Shown in pieces: positions 1 through 10,100 of a stretch of 51,297 nt of DNA. The notes beneath the pieces are model-generated. The model ran no database searches. It had not been told where the DNA came from and was given only the letters and a program-made list of their open reading frames with translations. Position numbers and translations under genes: made by a program. The DNA lies in contig JAEOUE010000032.1 of NCBI GenBank assembly GCA_016839515.1, forward strand, positions 1 through 51,297. The letters are read 5' to 3'. The first letter of the stretch is position 1, and the number at the start of each line of letters is the position of its first letter. The stretch is from Candidatus Hodarchaeum mangrovi. GTDB taxonomy: Archaea; Asgardarchaeota; Heimdallarchaeia; Hodarchaeales; Hodarchaeaceae.

Positions 1-551
1 GTTAGGGGAGAATAAACTCCGTAAGGAGGATTAAAAACTGATGTTGAAATTCTTCTATCACCATGTAACATAAAAGGTATAATTGATTGGTAGGAATTCA
101 TCCATTTCACAATATATTTTGTTGGGATGTTTTCTGTTCCTAAAAAGATTAAAGAATTAGTTCGTTTTCGTATTCGTTCCAAAATATTAGGAATAGCATC
201 AGTGATAGAGTTTTTACAATCAATAGTTGAATAGAAAGGATAACCCGCAACAACACAATATAATAATCTTTGAGATGAAAGAGTTTCCAGATAATTTTCA
301 AGTAAAAACCTACCCTGCTGATGAAACTCACTAGCACGGGCAGCTATTGTTAAAACAACCACTCCAGTAGTACTTTTTAAGATTGTTTTTAGCTGTAAGG
401 GGTCTAAAAGTGAACCGATTCCTTCATAATCTATAAATACAAACTTATGATATTTATAGGAAAAATCAATTGCTCTAAGAAAAGCTTGATAAGATAAAAA
501 CTGGGAACGCTTTAAGGCGATTCCTGTTAGGCATGTTGAATTACCTAGCAT
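1..551 (-). CDS. Partial conserved hypothetical protein (runs off left edge), resembling an uncharacterised haloarchaeal family often annotated 'luciferase'
   Basis: Not in the ORF track. Manual translation from ATG at 551 (preceded by GAGGAAATT) gives MLGNSTCLTGIALKRSQ...FIDYEG...VLTIAARASEF...VVAGYPFY...IFLGTE and stays open to the window edge. The family resemblance is from memory. Confidence 0.7.
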   Translation of the reverse strand, partial: MLGNSTCLTGIALKRSQFLSYQAFLRAIDFSYKYHKFVFIDYEGIGSLLDPLQLKTILKSTTGVVVLTIAARASEFHQQGRFLLENYLETLSSQRLLYCVVAGYPFYSTIDCKNSITDAIPNILERIRKRTNSLIFLGTENIPTKYIVKWMNSYQSIIPFMLHGDRRISTSVFNPPYGVYSPL

Positions 552-688
552 AATTTCCTCATAATAGAAAAAGGATATTCCTTTATAAGCTCAAAAGAAT
601 TTATAAAATTAATATATTAACTTGAAATTGATAATTAATTCTGAAAGTTTTTCAAGCATTAAATTCCTTCCTCTTTAAGTAGAGAAAA

Positions 689-985
689 ATGAATCAAGAT
701 GATATTATATCTCAAGAAACAAATCTGGAAAATATAAGAAATTTCCCGCACCCCTCTGGCCTTTTAATTAAAATTCTAGCTTTTTTAGGATCTATTGCTT
801 TGATACTAGGCCTTTTTACAACCTTAAGTGTTATAATCATTTCTATTCCATATTCTGGTATCATTCACCCTCATGGGTTCTTAATTGGTATTTTTTTAAT
901 ATTAGGAGGTTTAATATTATTATTTAGCCTAATTATTGTTTCCAACACGGCAAGGCCCCATGAAAACCAACCTTTAGCCCCCTAA
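689..985 (+). CDS. Small hypothetical membrane protein (2 TM helices)
   Basis: 98 aa with two long hydrophobic stretches. Confidence 0.6.
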   Translation: MNQDDIISQETNLENIRNFPHPSGLLIKILAFLGSIALILGLFTTLSVIIISIPYSGIIHPHGFLIGIFLILGGLILLFSLIIVSNTARPHENQPLAP

Positions 986-1208
986 GATTAAACTTTCAAT
1001 ATAATCTGTTTGAAAATTATTGAGAATTTTCCAACAAAGTAAATAGAAGATATATATGGAAGAGAAAAATAGAACGAATGTGTTTAAAGGATAATTGATG
1101 TATTTTATAGCCATATTAATTAATCAGAATTAGATGAATAATTATTAAGTGCCAATAGACGTCTCCTTTTATAAGAGGAATATATGTTTTAATTAGGAGC
1201 GTTTTTCT

Positions 1209-1931
1209 GTGGATACTTATTCTCCAAAGGCTGGTCAAGCAATTCAAGTTATTTCAGCTTTCGCTGATCCTACTCGGCGAAAAATCTTGCTGGAACTGTA
1301 TAAAGCCAGACCTACAGGACTTACAGCCTCCAAACTGTCAGAACATCCAGAAATTAATAAGAGTATCCCTACCATTTTACACCATTTGGAAAAGCTCCAA
1401 GAATTAAATTTAATATATTATAGTATGGAAAAAATAGAAAATTCAAATCGGGAAGTAAAACACTGGAAAATTGATTATGAATCTTTTCTAATTAAAATTG
1501 ATATGCAAAGTCTAGCATTAGATGATTTTAATCCTGATAATTATATTTTTGTTCTCTTTAATCGTCTCAAAGAGGATAAATGGACGCTAACAGAAGCTTT
1601 TGCACAGGAATATTCAATAGAGCAGCTTAAAACCGATTTGAGTAAGAAATTTCCAACGATTGCTGATCGAATTGTTCAGATTCTTTGGAATTCTTTACAA
1701 GATAAAACTGAATTCTTGAATTTCATTGAAAATTGGATCATTAATACTTTTCGTGAGTCAGGTGGAACTTTACGATTAGATTTTCAAGAATTTGGACATT
1801 GTTTTAGTTTAGATGATTATCTTCGACGTTATATGTTTGAGAAACTCATGGCTTCAGGGATTTTTACTTGGGATTTAACTGAAGGAAAACAACGAATTAT
1901 AATAAAAGGGACTCACCTTAAGGAAGAGTAA
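1209..1931 (+). CDS. ArsR-like winged-helix transcriptional regulator with C-terminal extension
   Basis: AFADPTRRKILLEL...TILHHLEKLQELNLI wHTH signature; GTG start preceded by AGGAG. Confidence 0.85.
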   Translation: MDTYSPKAGQAIQVISAFADPTRRKILLELYKARPTGLTASKLSEHPEINKSIPTILHHLEKLQELNLIYYSMEKIENSNREVKHWKIDYESFLIKIDMQSLALDDFNPDNYIFVLFNRLKEDKWTLTEAFAQEYSIEQLKTDLSKKFPTIADRIVQILWNSLQDKTEFLNFIENWIINTFRESGGTLRLDFQEFGHCFSLDDYLRRYMFEKLMASGIFTWDLTEGKQRIIIKGTHLKEE

Positions 1932-2038
1932 TTTTTAAAACACAACTCTTCACAATTTTGAACCATACAGTTAAATAAGATTCGTTATTGCCTTTCTTCT
2001 AATATAAAGTAAAACTAATCTGACTTGAGGATTCAACT

Positions 2039-2542
2039 ATGAAAAAGACTGAAAAAAATTTGATGGCAGCTTTTGCTGGAGAAAGCCAAGCCAATCGAAA
2101 ATATCTAGCATTTGCTAAAAAAGCTGAAAAAGATGGTTATAAACAAGTTGCTCGTCTTTTCCGCGCTGCTGCAGCAGCGGAAACTGTCCATGCCCATTCC
2201 CATCTTAAAGTTTATGGTGGTATTAAATCGACGGCAGAAAATTTGCAAGAGGCAATGAAAGGAGAACATTACGAATTTACATCCATGTATCCCGAATTCC
2301 TTAATGATGCGAAATCAGAGGGTCATAAAATGGCTATTAGAAGCTTTGATTTAGCAAATCAGGTTGAAAAAGTCCATCACAAGCTCTATGAAGCAGCTTT
2401 TAAAGCTGTTGAGAAGGAAAAAGACCTTCCACAGATATCCATATTTGTTTGTGATGTTTGTGGATTCACTGTGGAAGGTGAGGCACCCGAGGTATGTCCA
2501 ATCTGTGGAGCGGTTCATGATAGATTTATGGAGATTCAATAA
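2039..2542 (+). CDS. rbr: Rubrerythrin
   Basis: AFAGESQANRKY, ETVH, GEHYE, EKVH di-iron motifs plus C-terminal rubredoxin-like CDVC...CPIC. Confidence 0.95.
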   Translation: MKKTEKNLMAAFAGESQANRKYLAFAKKAEKDGYKQVARLFRAAAAAETVHAHSHLKVYGGIKSTAENLQEAMKGEHYEFTSMYPEFLNDAKSEGHKMAIRSFDLANQVEKVHHKLYEAAFKAVEKEKDLPQISIFVCDVCGFTVEGEAPEVCPICGAVHDRFMEIQ

Positions 2543-2561
2543 CCTTTAATACAGAATAATC

Positions 2562-3392
2562 TCAACTGAACTGTTTTAAATTGCTTACCCACTGTAACAT
2601 CTGTTCATGTAATGTTGGGGAAGCAACTATCAATTGATCAAAAATTTCATCAGTTGGATGAATTGATTCCCCCTCTAAATTAGAAACTTTAAATCCAAGT
2701 CCTTCTAGTATAAGGAACGCTGCTGCTAAATCCCAAAATTGTCCTTTAGACCCCGCACCCCAAAAAATAGCTCCATGCAAGGTTCCTTGAGCAACTAACA
2801 TTAAATGCTGTGAAATTCCTCCTCCTAAACGGTATGCACGACCAATAATCCCATTCAAGTCAGCTATCGCCAATTCTTTTTTTAATGTTTTTTTCAACCG
2901 ATTAGAAAAGTCTACTAATATTCGAGCTTTATTTAATGGATAAGTTCGTGGACGTGGCAAAGGGGAACCATTTAATCGAACAGAACCTTCTCTTGCTGCA
3001 GAGTATAACATATCAGTAAAAGGGTTGTATACAACACCAGCAATTAAGCCATTTTGATCCCAAGCTGCTATAGACATACTTACAAACGCAAAATTCCCTC
3101 TTAAAAATGCTTTAGTTCCATCAAGAGGATCAATAAACCAGATAATATTCTCAGGAAGGGTCTGGATATTTATCTGTGACTCTTCAGATTGAATTAGATG
3201 ATTTGGATAATACATTAAAATATGGTTTTTAATTAGGCGTTCACTTTCAGTATCAAAATTTGTATAAACATCATTCTCTCCTTTTCGGAAAATTTGGAGA
3301 TCCTTGAAAGACATTAAACGTAAAAAAGACCCCGCTATTCGTGCAGCTTGTTCAGCAATTAATCGATAATTTTCAGAATCCATTAATATCAA
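2562..3392 (-). CDS. Inositol monophosphatase / FBPase family protein
   Basis: SEE, WFIDPLDGT and WDLAAA motifs. Confidence 0.92.
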   Translation of the reverse strand: MILMDSENYRLIAEQAARIAGSFLRLMSFKDLQIFRKGENDVYTNFDTESERLIKNHILMYYPNHLIQSEESQINIQTLPENIIWFIDPLDGTKAFLRGNFAFVSMSIAAWDQNGLIAGVVYNPFTDMLYSAAREGSVRLNGSPLPRPRTYPLNKARILVDFSNRLKKTLKKELAIADLNGIIGRAYRLGGGISQHLMLVAQGTLHGAIFWGAGSKGQFWDLAAAFLILEGLGFKVSNLEGESIHPTDEIFDQLIVASPTLHEQMLQWVSNLKQFS

Positions 3393-3790
3393 CCCTTTAG
3401 CTTGGAAAGAGCAAATTTCACTTGGGCGCTTAATCCATCTAATAATGGCATAACACTCCCCACAGTACCAGGAACCGCCGCTGCAACCATGAAAATATCT
3501 TCAGCTACTGGTGAAACATAACATTCCCGTGTAGCAGTTCGAAATATCAAGATATTAATATCATTTTTAGTTCTACTATTAAAAGCCGACTTTAACTCTT
3601 CAAAGGCAATTAAACCTAAAACATTGATCGACTCCATTTCTTCAGCTATACATGTACGAGTAGAATATAATTCTAATCCTTCAGTCGCAGAAACGATTGA
3701 TATACAGAGTGGAATTTCAATATCCTCACTTTCAAAAACTTTAGATACAACATCAATCGCTTTTTTAGCAATTGTAGACATTTTTATCAT
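3389..3790 (-). CDS. Roadblock/LC7 (MglB/LAMTOR-like) domain protein
   Basis: About 130 aa; helix, ISIVSATEGLELYS hairpin, helix, three strands, helix pattern typical of the roadblock fold. Stop overlaps the next start (TTGA). Confidence 0.7.
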   Translation of the reverse strand: MIKMSTIAKKAIDVVSKVFESEDIEIPLCISIVSATEGLELYSTRTCIAEEMESINVLGLIAFEELKSAFNSRTKNDINILIFRTATRECYVSPVAEDIFMVAAAVPGTVGSVMPLLDGLSAQVKFALSKLKG

Positions 3791-3988
3791 CCTATAAACA
3801 ATAGTGTTGCAGAATTTGTGCTTACAAAGGAGAATTCACGCTAAACGATAACTTTCATTTGCCTCTGATATATTCCATTGAAAAATATTTGTATTAAATC
3901 CAGCTTCAGTGATAAGGAGGAAGCATTTTATCTTAAAATCTTTAACTAACAATAAAAAATGCTTTCTCTGAGGTTAATGAGAATATAA

Positions 3989-5008
3989 ATGGAATTGAAG
4001 AACATGCATCCCATTTTAATAACACAGGATCTGGAATCATTAAAAAAAGCAACTGAAGTTTTAGATAAAATATTTCTAGAAAGTAAAGTTCCTATCGAAA
4101 TACAAAATGAATGGACTAAATGGAATAAATGGTTTCTAAAACAGAAAGAAGCCTTTATCCAAGGAAAAACGACCATCCCAAAATATTTTGCTCAGATTAA
4201 GCGGATTCAAGAATTCATTTTAGAAAATACACCCCTTAAGGAAGAAAATTTATTTCAGATGAGTTTAGTTAAACGAGAACGTGTTTATGATATCACAAAA
4301 CTAACACATGAAAAACCAGAAGCTCTACCCACTAGTGAAAAAGAATTTCTTATTAAATCGATCTATGAAAATTTAGTAAAATCACCATCAGATCTTAAAA
4401 ATAACCCTACTATTGAATCAATGGTAACAAAGAAAATGGAAAAACGATTCGGAAGGAAACTTCCAGAGGATTTAAATTTAGAAGCAGAAAGGTTAATGAC
4501 TTCAAAAAATATTCAAAAAGAAGATGATGATTATTTTATTCAATTAGGGGAAATATTTCTTGAATTAGGCAAATTAGATCAAGCAAAGTCAATAATTAAT
4601 AATGTTTCAAATGATAAAACCAGATTTTCCCTCCTCACTTGGACTTCTTTCCTAGAAAATGATTATTCTGCTTTTAAAAAGAACATTCAAAAAGCCTATC
4701 CAGAAACATTTGAACCTCAAACAAAAGGTCCCTACATCCTATCGTTTTTACTTGGAAACGAAAAAAATTATAAACTTATACTTGATGAAAAAGGTAATCG
4801 AACATTAGAATATACATTCACAACTGGAATCTACCAAATACGACAAATGGATGTTTTTCGATCTTTTTTAGATGATTTAAGACAATCACCTGATTTTAGG
4901 TTAGGAATGTGGATTCGTCCAACGACTATTAAGACCCAAAACATCGCAAAAGATATCTCTCAATTATATTTTAAACAAGTTATTGGGTGGAAAGATATCT
5001 CAGTTTAA
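3989..5008 (+). CDS. Hypothetical protein, helical, with a TPR-like segment
   Basis: 339-aa ORF; YFIQLGEIFLELGKLDQAKSII looks like one TPR repeat. Confidence 0.6.
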   Translation: MELKNMHPILITQDLESLKKATEVLDKIFLESKVPIEIQNEWTKWNKWFLKQKEAFIQGKTTIPKYFAQIKRIQEFILENTPLKEENLFQMSLVKRERVYDITKLTHEKPEALPTSEKEFLIKSIYENLVKSPSDLKNNPTIESMVTKKMEKRFGRKLPEDLNLEAERLMTSKNIQKEDDDYFIQLGEIFLELGKLDQAKSIINNVSNDKTRFSLLTWTSFLENDYSAFKKNIQKAYPETFEPQTKGPYILSFLLGNEKNYKLILDEKGNRTLEYTFTTGIYQIRQMDVFRSFLDDLRQSPDFRLGMWIRPTTIKTQNIAKDISQLYFKQVIGWKDISV

Positions 5009-5027
5009 TCTATAAGGACAATGATAA

Positions 5028-5070
5028 TTTTTTGCCTTTGATAACCTAAAGTTTTTTTGTGGTTTTTTTT
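5028..5070 (+). terminator. Oligo-T tracts, possible archaeal intrinsic terminator
   Basis: Several T-runs including GTTTTTTTGTGGTTTTTTTT downstream of the 3989..5008 stop. Confidence 0.35.
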
Positions 5071-5121
5071 GAAGCTTTTATTCAAGATAAATAGCATATT
5101 TAGATTCACGGAGACATTTCA

Positions 5122-8100
5122 TTGAACTTTCCTGCTCTACCTGAAAAACCAAATCTTCCTAGAAGAGAAGAAGAAATATTAAAATTATGGGAAAATATTA
5201 ATCTCGAAAAAAAGATTCAAGAAGCATCAAGTAAAAATCCCCCCTTTGTTTTCTTAGAAGGACCTCCTACAGCAAATGGTTACCCACATATGGGTCATGC
5301 ATTGACACGCGCAATTAAAGACATTTTTTTGCGTTATAAAACAATGACTGGTTATTATGTAACTCCGCGAATCGGAGGATGGGATTGTCATGGTCTTCCT
5401 GTTGAAATCGAAGTTGAAAAGGAATTAGGTTTAGAGAATAAAGAAGATATTGAGAAATATGGAATTGAGAAATTCATTCTTAAATGCAAGGAATCTGTAA
5501 TGCGATATGTTGGGGAATGGGAAGAAATGTCACACAGAATTGGATTTCACCTTGACCTTTCACGTTCATATATCACTATGTCTGAAGAATATATAGAATC
5601 TGTATGGTGGTCTTTAAAACAGATTTATGAGCAAGGATTATTATTTAAAGGATTTAAAGTTGTTCCTTATTGTACACGTTGTGGAACACCGATTTCCTCC
5701 CATGAAGTTGCTCAAGGTTACCAAGAAACAGAGGATCCGAGTATTTATATCAAATTTAAGGTAAAAGGTGAAGATAATAAATTCTTTTTAGCTTGGACTA
5801 CAACTCCATGGACACTACTATCTAATCTTGTTTTAGCAGTGAACGAAAATGAAATCTATGTTGAAGTTGAACATCAGAATGAATGTTTGATATTTGCAAA
5901 GGCTCTTTTACCAAAAGTTTTTCCAGAAGGTAAGAAAATTTTAAAAGAATTTTTAGGTCAAGAGCTTCTAAATATAGAATATGAGGCATTATTTTCGTAT
6001 ACAAGTGAACAAACGCATGGAAAGCGCCATTTTGTTGTAGCTGCTGATTTTGTTTCCATGGATGATGGAACAGGAATAGTTCATTGTGCACCTGCTTTTG
6101 GTGTTGAAGACTATGAACTTTGTCAAAGTATCGGTGTTGAGATGTTCAACCCTGTTCTAGAAAATGGTGAGTTTAAGGATGATATGCCAGATTTTGGAGG
6201 TATGCATGTCAAACAGGCCGACCCCTATATAATGGAAAAACTTAAAGAAATGAATTTACTTCTAAAAGTAGAAACAATCACACATACCTATCCATTTTGT
6301 TGGAGATGTGATTCTCCGCTACTTTATTATGCAATGGAATCATGGTTTATTGCTATGAGTCAAATGCGAGAAAAAATTCAAGGATTAAATCAAAAAATTC
6401 GGTGGATGCCAAAGCATCTAAAGGAGGGTCGATTTGGAAATTTCCTAGAAGAACTTAAAGATTGGTCCCTCTCTAGATCACGCTATTGGGGAACTCCTTT
6501 ACCAATCTGGACCTGTGACTCCTGTAAACACGAATTCGCTGTTGGAAGTCTTTCAGAATTAAGTTCACTTACAAAAGGAGGCCTTCCAGAAAACTTCACA
6601 CTTCACAAACCAGATGTTGATGAGATTTTTGTATTATGTCCGAAATGTCAAAATAAAGCTACACGGGAGGAATATGTAATTGATTGTTGGTACGATTCAG
6701 GATCTGCAACATTTGCTCAATGGCATTATCCATTTGAAAATCAAGAGGAATTCAAAAGTCATTTTCCAATAGATTTTATTACGGAGGCGATTGATCAAAC
6801 AAGAGGTTGGTTTTACACATTACTGGCAATATCGACTGTTGTTTTTAGTGAACCTGCTTTCTTGACATGCCTTACGATGGGACATATCCAAGATGAAGAA
6901 GGAAAGAAAATGTCTAAGTCAAAAGGAAACGTTATTGCACCAGAGGAAGTTTTTAGCCGTTATGGTGCTGACCCGGCACGATGGTACCTATTTTCTACAC
7001 CTACTTGGAATGATGTACGTTTTGGGTTTAAATTAGTGGAAGAAAGTTTGAAAGAATTTATTCTACCATTATGGAATGTTCTTTCATTTTTCACAACCTA
7101 TGCAAATCTCGATAAATTTGCACCAAAGAGTAAAAAATATTATGTTCCTTATTCAAAGCGTCCAATTCTGGATAAATGGATTATCTCTAAGTATAATAAT
7201 GTTCTTATCGAGGTTCATCAGGCTTTTGAAGAATTATCAATTCATCAAGCAGTAAAATCCTTTCAGAGCTTTCTAAATAATGATCTTTCAAATTTGTGGA
7301 TTCGACAATCTAGACGTCGATTTTGGGAAAAAGAATTGACTATTTCAAAAAAGTCGGCCTATTCGACTCTATATGAAATTTTAACCTCTTTAAGTAAGTC
7401 ATTAGCCCCATTCATTCCATTTTTGGCGGAAGAAATGTATCAATTACTAATTATAAGTCAAAAGGAAGGATTAGAAAGTGTACATCTAGAAAAATTCCCT
7501 CAACCAAATCAAAATTACATTAAGCCTGTGATTGAAAATCAGATCAATATTGCTCGTGAAGCAATAACTAATGGAAGAGCAATCAGATCCAAAAAAGATA
7601 TAAAAGTAAGATGGCCTCTATCACAAGTTATTTTTGTTTGTAATGAAGAAGGAAGAGAAGCAATATCAATTTTAGAGGATCTTATTAAACAGGAACTTAA
7701 TGTAAAGGAAATAATTTTTAGTGATGATCCTTTAGAATTTCAAGAAATCGAATTTGCTCCTAATTTTAAAAGTATTGGTCCTAAACACAAAAAAAATGCA
7801 AATAATGTAGCCCAATGGATAAAAACCCAAAAAGGTAAGGAAGCAAAAAGAATAGCCGAGATATTAAACAAAAATGGAAGCTACTCTGCTAATATCATTA
7901 ATGAGGAAATAATAATAGATGAAGAAGATTTAGAAATCCGCATTACAGAACGAGAAGGTTATTCGGGTGCACCCTTCAAAAACGGAGACCTTTTTCTAAA
8001 TCTAGAATTAGATAATGGTCTAATAAAAGAAGGCTTCATACGTGACTTAATTAGGCGTATTCAATCAATGAGAAAAGATATGGAACTTGCTTATGATAAG

Positions 8101-8295
8101 GAAATTCTAGTATTTTTCTCCAAAACGGATAGTGAATCCATTGAAACAATAAAAGAATTTTCATCTCTACTAAAAGAAGAGGTATTAGCTGATCAAATTG
8201 ATTTTAAGGAAGTTAAAAAAGGATTCCGGAGAGTTTGGAATATCAATGATCCTTATGGTAAGGGGCATGAAATTTCTATTGTAATCCAATCTTAA
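5122..8295 (+). CDS. ileS: Isoleucine--tRNA ligase (archaeal/eukaryotic type 2)
   Basis: GPPTANGYPHMGH (HIGH), GWDCHGLP, WTTTPWTL, GTGIVH, DQTRGWF, KMSKS; TTG start with GGAG upstream. Confidence 0.98.
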   Translation: MNFPALPEKPNLPRREEEILKLWENINLEKKIQEASSKNPPFVFLEGPPTANGYPHMGHALTRAIKDIFLRYKTMTGYYVTPRIGGWDCHGLPVEIEVEKELGLENKEDIEKYGIEKFILKCKESVMRYVGEWEEMSHRIGFHLDLSRSYITMSEEYIESVWWSLKQIYEQGLLFKGFKVVPYCTRCGTPISSHEVAQGYQETEDPSIYIKFKVKGEDNKFFLAWTTTPWTLLSNLVLAVNENEIYVEVEHQNECLIFAKALLPKVFPEGKKILKEFLGQELLNIEYEALFSYTSEQTHGKRHFVVAADFVSMDDGTGIVHCAPAFGVEDYELCQSIGVEMFNPVLENGEFKDDMPDFGGMHVKQADPYIMEKLKEMNLLLKVETITHTYPFCWRCDSPLLYYAMESWFIAMSQMREKIQGLNQKIRWMPKHLKEGRFGNFLEELKDWSLSRSRYWGTPLPIWTCDSCKHEFAVGSLSELSSLTKGGLPENFTLHKPDVDEIFVLCPKCQNKATREEYVIDCWYDSGSATFAQWHYPFENQEEFKSHFPIDFITEAIDQTRGWFYTLLAISTVVFSEPAFLTCLTMGHIQDEEGKKMSKSKGNVIAPEEVFSRYGADPARWYLFSTPTWNDVRFGFKLVEESLKEFILPLWNVLSFFTTYANLDKFAPKSKKYYVPYSKRPILDKWIISKYNNVLIEVHQAFEELSIHQAVKSFQSFLNNDLSNLWIRQSRRRFWEKELTISKKSAYSTLYEILTSLSKSLAPFIPFLAEEMYQLLIISQKEGLESVHLEKFPQPNQNYIKPVIENQINIAREAITNGRAIRSKKDIKVRWPLSQVIFVCNEEGREAISILEDLIKQELNVKEIIFSDDPLEFQEIEFAPNFKSIGPKHKKNANNVAQWIKTQKGKEAKRIAEILNKNGSYSANIINEEIIIDEEDLEIRITEREGYSGAPFKNGDLFLNLELDNGLIKEGFIRDLIRRIQSMRKDMELAYDKEILVFFSKTDSESIETIKEFSSLLKEEVLADQIDFKEVKKGFRRVWNINDPYGKGHEISIVIQS

Positions 8296-8316
8296 ATAAC
8301 TATTTAGGGATGAATT

Positions 8317-10092
8317 ATGAAGTCAAATGAGCTAAGAAGCCTTTATTTAAAATTTTTTGAAGAAAAGGATCATGCTATTATTCCTTCTGCTTCATTACTA
8401 CCAGAAAATGACCCCACGGTTCTTTTCACGACTGCTGGTATGCATCCACTCCAGATTTATCTTTTAGGAGAACCTCATCCTGCTGGAAAAAGATTAGTTA
8501 ATAGCCAAAAGTGTATAAGAACTGGTGATATTGATGAAGTTGGTGATCCATCTCATTTAACATTCTTTGAAATGCTTGGAAATTGGTCTTTAGGGGATTA
8601 TTTTAAAGAAGAGGCTATTAATATGAGTTGGGAGTTTTTAACTGATCCTAAATGGCTTGGCTTAGATCCTAATAGAATTTCAGTTACAGTTTTTGCAGGA
8701 GATGAAGAAATTCATCCTGATTACGAAACAGCTGAAATTTGGAATAAAATTGGTATCCCAAAAGAACGAATTTTCTTTTTACCACGTTCTGATAACTGGT
8801 GGGGACCTGCAGGAGAAACAGGTCCTTGTGGACCAGACACGGAAATGTTCTATGATACAGGAAAACCACTTTGTTCTAAGAACTGTAAGCCAGGATGCTC
8901 TTGTGGAAAATACTTTGAAATCTGGAACGATGTATTCATGACTTACAATAAAACAGTGGAAGGAAATTATGAAAAGCTTAAACAACATAATGTAGATACT
9001 GGTATGGGCATTGAGAGAACAATTGCGGTTTTAAATGGATTTGATAGTGTCTACAAGATTGATACTATTGAACCAATTGTGAATCAGGTAAAAAAATTAG
9101 CAAAAATTAAAAATGAACCTTCTGATGAAGAATATAAAGCGATTTATATTATTTCAGATCATATAAGAGCCTCAACTTTTATCTTGGGGGATGATAAAAA
9201 CTTAATCCCCTCTAATCTGGGCCAAGGATATGTATTAAGACGATTAATTCGAAGGATAATCAGACAAGGAAATATTTTAAATATTAAACAAAAATTCCTT
9301 CCTATACTTGCTCAAATTGTTATTCATTTATATAAAGAAACCTATCCAGAATTAGAACAAAATAAAGATTTTATTATTAACAATCTTACTACTGAAGAAG
9401 ACAAATTTACGGTTGCTTTAAAGCGGGGTTTAAGGAAATTCAACAAAATTTTAGTAGAAAAGGGAATAATTACAGGAGAGGATGCTTTTCTTCTCTTTAC
9501 TTCCTTTGGTTTCCCTCTTGAAATAACATCTGAGCTTGCAACTGAAAAAGGTATAATTTTAGATCTTGAAACCTTCAGAAAAGAGTTTGAACACCATCGT
9601 GAACTTAGTCGTAAAGCAACAGCAGGAACATTTCAAAGTGGTTTAGCAGATCACTCAACCAGGACTACTAGACTTCATACAGCGACTCATCTTTTACAAC
9701 AAGCTCTTAGAAACGTTTTAGGCAATCACGTGGAACAAAAAGGTAGTAATATTACTACCGAAAGAACAAGATTCGATTTTTCACACCCAGTAAAACTTAC
9801 TGAGTCTGAACTAAAACAGGTTGAAGACTTAGTAAATCAAAAAATCAAAGAGAAAATTCCTGTTACAAAAGAAATCATGACACCTCAAGAAGCATTAAAA
9901 AAAGGAGCACTTGGATTTTTTGAAGCCCAGTACCAAAGTAAAGTCTCAGTTTATTCAGTGGGGGAATTTTCGAAAGAAATTTGTACAGGACCTCATGTAG
10001 AAAATACTCAGGAAATAGGAAAATTCATTATTCAAAAACAGCAAAATATTGGAGTAGGGTTAATGAGAATTAGGGCAACCATCGAAGACTAG
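8317..10092 (+). CDS. alaS: Alanine--tRNA ligase, short form lacking the C-Ala domain
   Basis: LFTTAGM, HLTFFEMLGNWS, GPCGP, DTGMGIER, DHIR, GYVLRRLIRR, editing HTATH...CTGPH; ends at 591 aa. Confidence 0.96.
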   Translation: MKSNELRSLYLKFFEEKDHAIIPSASLLPENDPTVLFTTAGMHPLQIYLLGEPHPAGKRLVNSQKCIRTGDIDEVGDPSHLTFFEMLGNWSLGDYFKEEAINMSWEFLTDPKWLGLDPNRISVTVFAGDEEIHPDYETAEIWNKIGIPKERIFFLPRSDNWWGPAGETGPCGPDTEMFYDTGKPLCSKNCKPGCSCGKYFEIWNDVFMTYNKTVEGNYEKLKQHNVDTGMGIERTIAVLNGFDSVYKIDTIEPIVNQVKKLAKIKNEPSDEEYKAIYIISDHIRASTFILGDDKNLIPSNLGQGYVLRRLIRRIIRQGNILNIKQKFLPILAQIVIHLYKETYPELEQNKDFIINNLTTEEDKFTVALKRGLRKFNKILVEKGIITGEDAFLLFTSFGFPLEITSELATEKGIILDLETFRKEFEHHRELSRKATAGTFQSGLADHSTRTTRLHTATHLLQQALRNVLGNHVEQKGSNITTERTRFDFSHPVKLTESELKQVEDLVNQKIKEKIPVTKEIMTPQEALKKGALGFFEAQYQSKVSVYSVGEFSKEICTGPHVENTQEIGKFIIQKQQNIGVGLMRIRATIED

Positions 10093-10100
10093 ATAAAAAT

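Noticed and set aside
149-337. 62-aa ORF in the track
   Set aside because: It lies in a different frame inside the longer minus-strand gene 1..551.
2351-2549. Short ORFs overlapping rubrerythrin; likewise the short ORFs inside or overlapping the 3989 gene, ileS, alaS, the amidotransferase/nadE junction, liuC, liuB, BCCP, flotillin, the 521-aa gene, the KaiC ATPase, acdA, larB, the YkgJ gene, the 42726 gene and the LVIVD gene
   Set aside because: Antisense or off-frame shadows of well-supported genes, with no recognisable motifs.
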